A stretch of 32,000 nucleotides of DNA from Crocosphaera subtropica ATCC 51142 (lineage in GTDB: Bacteria > Cyanobacteriota > Cyanobacteriia > Cyanobacteriales > Microcystaceae): contig NC_010546.1 in the NCBI RefSeq assembly GCF_000017845.1, forward strand, positions 210,001 through 242,000, read 5' to 3'. Below the pieces are notes generated by a model. It searched no databases and had not been told where the DNA came from. It saw only the letters and a program-made list of their open reading frames with translations. Positions 17,801-24,351 of this stretch are shown here, piece by piece (positions within the stretch are counted from its first letter, which is position 1; the number at the start of each line of letters is the position of its first letter). The position numbers and the translations under genes were made by a program.

Positions 17801-18847
17801 AGTTGTAGCATTTTCTCCTAATTCAATGGCTGGATTATAAGGGTCATCGACTAACTGTAATTGGAAGGTTTCAGTTCCTTCTAAAGTCCAATCATTGGGA
17901 ACTTCAATATAAAGGGTTTGACTGGTTTGTCCATAATCAAAGTCCACCATAAAGTTAGGAAGATAAAAGTCAGAAAAGTCAGCACTTCCTTCAATAATGT
18001 CAAAATAAGCGGTGGTATAGGTATCGATATTTCCGCTACGAGTGATAGTAACTTCTAGTTGGTTAAAGTAGGGGTCATCTTGTTCAAAAGTGACATATTT
18101 AGCGGATTCAAATTCAAGATAGGTAGTTTGTTTATCTAAAATTTCAACCGTAGTTGTAGCATTTTCTCCTAATTCAATGGCTGGATTATAAGGGTCATCG
18201 ACTAACTGTAATTGGAAGGTTTCAGTTCCTTCTAAAGTCCAATCATTGGGAACTTCAATATAAAGGGTTTGACTGGTTTGTCCATAATCAAAGTCCACCA
18301 TAAAGTTAGGAAGATAAAAGTCAGAAAAGTCGGCATTTCCTTCAATAATGTCAAAATAAGCAGTGGTATAGGTATCGATATTTCCGCTACGAGTGATAGT
18401 AACTTCTAGTTGGTTAAAGTAGGGGTCATCTTGTTCAAAAGTGACATATTTAGCGGATTCAAATTCAAGATAGGTAGTTTCATTATCCAATATAGAAACA
18501 GTTGTGGTATTTTGGTCTCCTAAAATAAGCGACGGATCTCCAGGATTAGTAATCAATTTTAATTCAATTTCTTCTGTTCCTTCTAACTCATAGTCATCAT
18601 TAATATCAATATAAATTTTTTGCTCAGTCTGTCCTGGTTCAAAATCTATCCACTGGGGAAAAATTCCACTAAAATCAAATCCTTCTTGTGCCGTTCTATT
18701 ACCTAAATGAACTTCTACAGTATTAAAATTATCAAGATTTCCAGAACGAGTAACGGTAATTTCTATTTGGTTAGGAAAGGGTTGATTTTTTTCAATCCCT
18801 AAATATTTAGCTGAAGAAAATTGAATAGAGGATTGGTTATGATTCAT
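14879..18847 (-). CDS. Large Calx-beta repeat exoprotein: 8 Calx-beta modules, 3 lectin-like modules and an RTX-toxin-style C-terminal domain
   Basis: Uninterrupted 1322-aa ORF. Each module shows the Calx-beta pattern (TRSG...DF...F..GQT...I.V..D...EG.E.F.L.L). The ORF ends '...ELVGIVKNTNTLNINSNNFAFV'. No N-terminal signal peptide. Confidence 0.85.
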   Translation of the reverse strand: MNHNQSSIQFSSAKYLGIEKNQPFPNQIEITVTRSGNLDNFNTVEVHLGNRTAQEGFDFSGIFPQWIDFEPGQTEQKIYIDINDDYELEGTEEIELKLITNPGDPSLILGDQNTTTVSILDNETTYLEFESAKYVTFEQDDPYFNQLEVTITRSGNIDTYTTAYFDIIEGNADFSDFYLPNFMVDFDYGQTSQTLYIEVPNDWTLEGTETFQLQLVDDPYNPAIELGENATTTVEILDKQTTYLEFESAKYVTFEQDDPYFNQLEVTITRSGNIDTYTTAYFDIIEGSADFSDFYLPNFMVDFDYGQTSQTLYIEVPNDWTLEGTETFQLQLVDDPYNPAIELGENATTTVEILDKQTTYLEFESAKYVTFEQDDPYFNQLEVTITRSGNIDTYTTAYFDIIEGSADFSDFYLPNFMVDFDYGQTSQTLYIEVPNDWTLEGTETFQLQLVDDPYNPAIELGENATTTVEILDKQTTYLEFESAKYVTFEQDDPYFNQLEVTITRSGNIDTYTTAYFDIIEGSADFSDFYLPNFMVDFDYGQTSQTLYIEVPNDWTLEGTETFQLQLVDDPYNPAIELGENATTTVEILDKQTTYLEFESAKYVTFEQDDPYFNQLEVTITRSGNIDTYTTAYFDIIEGSADFSDFYLPNFMVDFDYGQTSQTLYIEVPNDWTLEGTETFQLQLVDDPYNPAIELGENATTTVEILDKQTTYLEFESAKYVTFEQDDPYFNQLEVTITRSGNIDTYTTAYFDIIEGSADFSDFYLPNFMVDFDYGQTSQTLYIEVPNDWTLEGTETFQLQLVDDPYNPAIELGENATTTVEILDNSPTVEFGSVSYTLNEDQGYTMVVEVIRSGDLSFESIVNLNVLGGTATAGDDYDYLYGKIYFNYGQTRQFVEIGLNNDSLIEGIETLELEIIAADEPYDNYVIGTQNTTTVEIIDNDAIIAEIGEVTNLNHESQTIFLDHNFINPVIFAQPLSRNGADPSTIRITDIQSNSFSVQLQETTLINGNSHSGHHTTETFSFLVIEQGIWELSDGSILEVGNVTTDRTTTSSWETINFNHNFTNTPVILTQVQTDNDATFVRTRQNNATNNGFEVALEEEEAFKNSGHGSETIAWLAISSGQGNWDGNGFIAGNTGNQVTHNWHTIDFGNNFINAPKFLGNIATYDGPDSSGLRYQNLTNGNVQIMVEEDTSNDSETNHTTEDINFFAIEGSGNLTGSFDSLTGLVDTKTGTINGDVFVLGNEVESFYDNYGQQDYTEISDFDLDQDIIQLHGLADDYYIASSPSGTNDQGIFLKVAGMEDELVGIVKNTNTLNINSNNFAFV
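16381..18486 (-). repeat. Six head-to-tail 351-nt units, nearly identical at the nucleotide level
   Basis: Unit starts lie at 16381, 16732, 17083, 17434, 17785 and 18136, an exact 351-nt period. The only differences I saw are at 17630, 18332, 18336 and 18362. Confidence 0.93.
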
Positions 18848-19160
18848 AATAAATATAAACTCTATTATTGATAGAAATAAACAATTTAGATGGTTAAAAA
18901 ATACTCAATTAAAAATCATAAAATCCTACAACAATTCTAAAAATTATACGTTTTTAATAGAAGCAGTATAAATAAAGATTCGAGAGTTTAATAATTGATG
19001 CTTTAACCTATCTAGTCTTAGATTAACTATTATTTTCGGATAAACGAACTCGTAAAAATACTGAAATCCTATATTCATTTTAAAAAAAAATATATATAAA
19101 TACGGGTTGACACACCCCTATCTCTAAAAAAATAGTTCGCAATTTACAAAAAATAAAAAA

Positions 19161-19187
19161 ACTCTAATTCTATTAAATAATTAGAGT
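19161..19187 (-). terminator. Intrinsic terminator of murD
   Basis: Perfect 9-bp stem actctaatt/aattagagt with a 9-nt loop, followed on the minus strand by TTTTTTATTTTTT. Confidence 0.7.
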
Positions 19188-19218
19188 AATCGTAAATTAA
19201 GTAATGTTTGGATACACC

Positions 19219-20589
19219 TTATATCAGTTTTTGACATAATTCCCGAAAATGTTCTCCTCTATGTTCAAAGCTTTGATATTGATCAAAACTTGCACACGCA
19301 GGAGATAAAAGAATAACTTTTGCTTTTAGTTCTTGTCCTAATATTAAACTTCTTTCTATTGCTTTATCCATTGTTTCAACAATTTCGTAATCATGATAAT
19401 CACAATCATGAAGACGTTTTGCAAAATTTTCAGCAGCTTCACCTATTAGCAAAACTTTAATAACTTTTGATTTAATTTGTGCGATCCATTTCTTATCATC
19501 CCCTTCTTTTTCTTCTCCTCCAGCTATTAAAATTGTAGGAGATTGTACCGATAATAAACCCACTTCTGCTGCATCATAATTGGTTGCTTTACTATCATTA
19601 ATAAAATCAATTCCATCAACTGTTCTGATATATTCTAACCGATGAGGAACTCCCGTAAAGGTTGCTATCGCTGAAGCGATAGCTCCTTTTTCAATACCAG
19701 CTAATCTAGCTGCTGCAATAGCCATTAAAAGATTTTGTTGGTTATGAAAACCTGGCATTTTAAAGAGATTTAACGGCAAAATTAACTCACCAAATGCGAC
19801 AACCCAATTATCTTGAATATAAACCCCTTGACTGGGATCACAAAGTAAATTGTCTTTGCCTTTTACAGTCGTCCAATAAGCATCGGCCCATTGATGCAAC
19901 CCGGTTTGATGTAAATAAGGATCATCTCCATTAAAGATTTGATACTCACTTCGATATAATAAAGATGCTTTAATTGCGTAATAGTTATCTAAAGTTTTAT
20001 GACGACTTAAATGATCGGCGGTAAAAGTTGTCCAAAGACCAATTTTAGGACTTAATTCTTGGGAAGATTCACACTGATAACTACTAATTTCTGCAATGAT
20101 CCAATCGTAGTTAGATGTGTTATCTTTTTTCAATTTAGATAATGCTAATTCGCAAGCAGCATAACCGATATTGCCACAAGAAGGTGCATTTAATTTTGCT
20201 CCTTGAAAAATAGCTGCCACTAAAGCGGTGGTGGTAGTTTTTCCATTCGTTCCTGTAATACCCACCCAAGGAGATGATTGAAGATATCGCCAAGCTAATT
20301 CTAACTCTCCTATGGTATCAATTTGACGTTCACGGGCTTCTATCAAGAAAGGAGTATCCCAAGGAACACCAGGACTAACGACAATTAATTCGGGTAAGTC
20401 ACTAGCATTTAAGTTAGGAGTATGACCTAATTTAACAGTGATTCCTTCTGCGTGCAATTGTTGCTGTAAAGGGATTAAATTAGGGGAGGTAGCGCAATCA
20501 CTAATAATAACTTCCCATCCATCTTGTTTGAGGCATTTTGCTGCAGCAATTCCCGATCTTCCTAGTCCGATAATATAAGCTGTGGCCAT
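19219..20589 (-). CDS. murD: UDP-N-acetylmuramoylalanine--D-glutamate ligase
   Basis: 'IIGLGRSGIAAAKCL', the P-loop 'GITGTNGKTTTT', and 'DSKATNYDAA'. Confidence 0.95.
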   Translation of the reverse strand: MATAYIIGLGRSGIAAAKCLKQDGWEVIISDCATSPNLIPLQQQLHAEGITVKLGHTPNLNASDLPELIVVSPGVPWDTPFLIEARERQIDTIGELELAWRYLQSSPWVGITGTNGKTTTTALVAAIFQGAKLNAPSCGNIGYAACELALSKLKKDNTSNYDWIIAEISSYQCESSQELSPKIGLWTTFTADHLSRHKTLDNYYAIKASLLYRSEYQIFNGDDPYLHQTGLHQWADAYWTTVKGKDNLLCDPSQGVYIQDNWVVAFGELILPLNLFKMPGFHNQQNLLMAIAAARLAGIEKGAIASAIATFTGVPHRLEYIRTVDGIDFINDSKATNYDAAEVGLLSVQSPTILIAGGEEKEGDDKKWIAQIKSKVIKVLLIGEAAENFAKRLHDCDYHDYEIVETMDKAIERSLILGQELKAKVILLSPACASFDQYQSFEHRGEHFRELCQKLI

Positions 20590-20719
20590 CTGTTTTATGG
20601 CTTCCTTGTTTATGGATAAAGTGTATTTTATCTTACCACTTGATGATGATATAACTCAATATGAATACAAAAATTTTCAATATTAAACATGACAAACAAA
20701 AAATTTGTTAAATATTCTC

Positions 20720-21667
20720 TTAAAGTAAACAGGCAATAGGAAATAGCAAATATTCTAAGAAAAATAATCGCCAAATAAACTGATAAAATTGAGCAATAGA
20801 AATTTTTTCGTCTAAATTAACTTTTTGACTCCGCCATAATAGTAAGGTTAATAAACCAGCATGAGAGATAATTAGGAAGCCTTGGTTAAGGCTAAATATG
20901 GATAAAAATCCAACAGCGATCATGGTTAGGTAGCAAAAAATAATAATAGCACAAGAAATCTTAAATATAGCTTTTTTTCCTAATAAAATTGTAAAAGTTG
21001 TAATATTGTATTCCTTATCACCTTCGAGATCAGGAACGTCTTTGAAAATGGCGATCGCAATAGTAAAAATGACAACAAATCCAGTCAATATCCAAACTTC
21101 AGGAACCCAAAAAGAACGACCGATGAAATTATAAGCAAAATGAAGAAACAGTCCTAGATTAACAATAATTCCCCGAACAGTAAAAATACAAAAAGCAGCT
21201 AATAAAGGAAATCTTTTTAATCGAATAGGAGGCAAAGAATAAGCCGTACCAATTATTAAACTAATAGCCACTGTTAATCCTAACCACCAACTACCTAAAC
21301 AAGAAGTAATTAAAGCTAAAATACCCGTAATGCTAACAATATAACGTCCTTGAATCAGAGAAAAATCTCCTGATGCTAAAGGAAGATAAGGCTTGTTAAT
21401 TTTATCAATTTCTTGATCTTCTAACTGATTTAAGCCAACAATGTAAACATTGCCACATAAACAGGCAATTAAAGCAATCAATAAATCCTCAATATTATTA
21501 AAAGTAATGGAATTTTCAACAGTTGCTAAAGCGATTAAATATAACGCTAATACACTTAAACTGGTTCCCACAATGGTATGGGGACGAGAAAATTCCCAGA
21601 AACTGATTAACCATGCAAGGGGATTTTTCCAAAAGACTTTAGGACTATTAATCGAAGGTTGAGACAT
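20720..21667 (-). CDS. hpt: Homogentisate phytyltransferase (UbiA superfamily, tocopherol biosynthesis)
   Basis: 'FSRPHTIVGTSLSV', 'GNVYIVGLNQLEDQEIDKINKPYLPLASGDFS', 'IAIAIFKDVPDLEGD' and 'FYQFIWRLFFLEYLLFP' closely track Synechocystis Slr1736 as I remember it. Confidence 0.88.
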   Translation of the reverse strand: MSQPSINSPKVFWKNPLAWLISFWEFSRPHTIVGTSLSVLALYLIALATVENSITFNNIEDLLIALIACLCGNVYIVGLNQLEDQEIDKINKPYLPLASGDFSLIQGRYIVSITGILALITSCLGSWWLGLTVAISLIIGTAYSLPPIRLKRFPLLAAFCIFTVRGIIVNLGLFLHFAYNFIGRSFWVPEVWILTGFVVIFTIAIAIFKDVPDLEGDKEYNITTFTILLGKKAIFKISCAIIIFCYLTMIAVGFLSIFSLNQGFLIISHAGLLTLLLWRSQKVNLDEKISIAQFYQFIWRLFFLEYLLFPIACLL

Positions 21668-21747
21668 AAAAATTGAACTAATCTATATTGTAATGACTTT
21701 AATAATCTACTGAAATATTGTATCAAAATTAATTATTAAATTTTAGT

Positions 21748-22908
21748 CTATAGTGAGGATAAAACCTGATACACTTCTTGTGCAAAGTTTTCAATAGAAT
21801 ACTTTTGTTTAGCTATTTTCCAAGCATTTTTTCCTAACGCTTGTGACCAAGAAACATTTTCCACAAATCTCTCCATACAGGCTGCTAGGGTTTTAGGTTC
21901 ATTGTTTTGATAGAGTAAGCCTGTGGACTCATGTTCAATTAATTCTGAGGTTCCTGCGTTGTCATACCCGATAACAGGACGACAAGTAGCCATCGCTTCT
22001 ATGGTCACTCGTCCCATCCCTTCGCTTGTAGAACACATTAAAACGGCATCTGAGGAGAAATAAGCTTTAAAAGGGTCGTTGAGATATCCCCAAAATTCAA
22101 CTTTATTGGCAATCTCTAATTCATGGGTTAGTTTTTGAAGATAGTTTTCGTAACTTTGTTCCCCTGAACCCACGATAATTAGACGAACATTCTTATATTT
22201 TTTAGTTATTATTGCCATTGCTTTTATGGCTATTTCATGGCCTTTTTGTGGATAAATTTTACCGACTAAAGCAAAAGTATAAAATTCATTTTTATCAAAA
22301 GGATAAGGATGACTTAACTGATACCAATGATCAAAGTTTGATTCAAAAGCAATTCCATCATAAATTACTTGAATAGATGGAATAGATATATTTTTAAAAT
22401 GATAAGCAGTTAAAGCTTGAGACATGGTAATAACTGCCTCTGATTTTTTTACAGAATATTGAAAAAACTTTTTTCCCCAATCAAACTGAAAATCATAGTC
22501 AAGATCAACAAATTCCTTAATATGCCAAACATGAGGAAGTTTTAACAGTTTAGCAACAACTAATCCAATATTAATAACAGCCGAGTTAGTATAAATTATA
22601 TCAGCTTCCCAACTGTTGATTATTTTCGTTAATTGGGGAATTAATTGGATATTTTTCAATAATCTTTGTAGCTTCCAATAAAATTTTTTACTGGGATTAT
22701 TGCTTCTTCTTGGCATATCAATCCAACATTCTATAGGAATGATAGCAAAAGGAACATTTCGTGATCTCAATTCTCTCCCTATTTTTCCTTTTTTGGGAAT
22801 AATCACATGACAATTAATTTGATATTTTTTTAAGCCATCTATTAAATTAATTAAACCAAGATTAGCACCATATAAGTCTGAATAATGAGTAAAAAAAACA
22901 ACATTCAT
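21748..22908 (-). CDS. Glycosyltransferase family 4 (GT-B fold)
   Basis: The C-terminal domain shows 'LVGKIYPQKGHEIAIKA', 'LIIVGSG' and 'EGMGRVTIEAMATCRPVIG', the E-x7-E type motif. Confidence 0.88.
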   Translation of the reverse strand: MNVVFFTHYSDLYGANLGLINLIDGLKKYQINCHVIIPKKGKIGRELRSRNVPFAIIPIECWIDMPRRSNNPSKKFYWKLQRLLKNIQLIPQLTKIINSWEADIIYTNSAVINIGLVVAKLLKLPHVWHIKEFVDLDYDFQFDWGKKFFQYSVKKSEAVITMSQALTAYHFKNISIPSIQVIYDGIAFESNFDHWYQLSHPYPFDKNEFYTFALVGKIYPQKGHEIAIKAMAIITKKYKNVRLIIVGSGEQSYENYLQKLTHELEIANKVEFWGYLNDPFKAYFSSDAVLMCSTSEGMGRVTIEAMATCRPVIGYDNAGTSELIEHESTGLLYQNNEPKTLAACMERFVENVSWSQALGKNAWKIAKQKYSIENFAQEVYQVLSSL

Positions 22909-22927
22909 TATGATCTTTTAATTGAGT

Positions 22928-24181
22928 TTAACTGAGTAATGTTTGATAAATTTCTACTAATTGATCCATGACTTTATTCATATCATAATTAGCTTCAACA
23001 AATTGTCGTCCTGTTAACGACATTTTCTCCCAAATCTGAGGATTTTTAACTAGATATTCAATTTTTTCGCCTAAAGCATCCACATCCCTTTCTGGAACCA
23101 AAAACCCTGATTCTTCATTAACGACTCCTTCAGGAATACCACTATGAAACGTGGAAACAATAGGTAAACCTATTCCTTGTGCCTCTTGTAACACAGTAGG
23201 TAATCCTTCTTGATCTCCATTCGCAGCTGTGGTACTAGCTAAAATAAAAATATGACTATCAGCATAAATCTCTCTAACTTCTGTTTGCGTCATTCCTCCT
23301 ACTAATTGAATCTGTTGTGAAACCCCAAGATTATTAATTAATTTATTTAATTTTTTTTCCAGTTTTCCTGTGCCAACGATGCGATACATTATGTTAAGTT
23401 CAGGATTTTTTTCGATAACTTTGCTAACAGCTTTAATGGAATATTCGATGCCTTTTGTTTCGACCAATCTTGCTACTGTTAACAGTTTAATAGGTTCATC
23501 GGGTTTAAGGACACAAGGGCGAAATTGATAACGAGATAAATCAACACTAATAGTGGGTAATTTTTGAAGTTTTTCAGGAGGACAACCCAATTCTATGATT
23601 TGCTTATTCATGGAATGGGTAAGTCCTAGAAATAAATCACCTTTTTCAAATAACTCAATATATACATCTTTTCCTGCAATTTTTGGATACTTTGTTACAT
23701 CGACATCATAGTAGGATGTAATTAATTTTTTCCCTTGGATAGCCCCTACTTTTTGAAGTTTTAATGTTTTAACTCCTAACATACCAAAATGACAATGAAT
23801 GATGTCATAATTTTGATGATGTTTTAAGCAAGAAATAGCTGCATAAAATAAATCCAAAGATTTTGATAATTGTCCTGGTCGTGCTGAACTTATTATCCTT
23901 AATAAAACAGGTAAGCGTTTCCAAGGTTGAATAAAAAAGCTAAGTAAAAATAGTTTTAAAGCGTTTAAATAAGCAATGTATTTATTTTCTGGCCTTTGAT
24001 CATAGTAAGTTTTTTCTAATAATTTGTAATCTTCAATATCAGGATGAATTTTTGTTACATCTCCGGGTTGAATAGCATAAATATCGAGGTCATAACCTCG
24101 GTCAATTAATCCTGTAATTTGATTGAGAATGAAGGTTTCCGATAAAGCTGGAAACTGACCCAAGATAAAAGCAATTTTCAT
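22928..24181 (-). CDS. Glycosyltransferase family 4 (WcaL-like)
   Basis: 'MKIAFILGQFPALSETFILNQI' N-terminus, 'VARLVETKGIEYSIKA', and 'EGLPTVLQEAQGIGLPIVST'. Confidence 0.88.
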   Translation of the reverse strand: MKIAFILGQFPALSETFILNQITGLIDRGYDLDIYAIQPGDVTKIHPDIEDYKLLEKTYYDQRPENKYIAYLNALKLFLLSFFIQPWKRLPVLLRIISSARPGQLSKSLDLFYAAISCLKHHQNYDIIHCHFGMLGVKTLKLQKVGAIQGKKLITSYYDVDVTKYPKIAGKDVYIELFEKGDLFLGLTHSMNKQIIELGCPPEKLQKLPTISVDLSRYQFRPCVLKPDEPIKLLTVARLVETKGIEYSIKAVSKVIEKNPELNIMYRIVGTGKLEKKLNKLINNLGVSQQIQLVGGMTQTEVREIYADSHIFILASTTAANGDQEGLPTVLQEAQGIGLPIVSTFHSGIPEGVVNEESGFLVPERDVDALGEKIEYLVKNPQIWEKMSLTGRQFVEANYDMNKVMDQLVEIYQTLLS

Positions 24182-24351
24182 GGTTTAACTGTTACCATAT
24201 ATTACCTAAAATAAAACCCAAAAAGCAATCTCATAAATAATATCATATTTTTTGACTTTCTGTAAATACTATCTAATAGTAGATAATGTGTAAAGTATAT
24301 CCATTTACTTAATATGATTGAAGTTAAATTAATGAAATTAACCTTTAAGGT

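Noticed and set aside
11361-18486. Whether the 78-nt and 351-nt regular repeats could be CRISPR arrays or a non-coding satellite
   Set aside because: Units are contiguous with no unique spacers, are multiples of three, and sit in frame inside long uninterrupted ORFs encoding recognisable protein modules. No cas genes are present.
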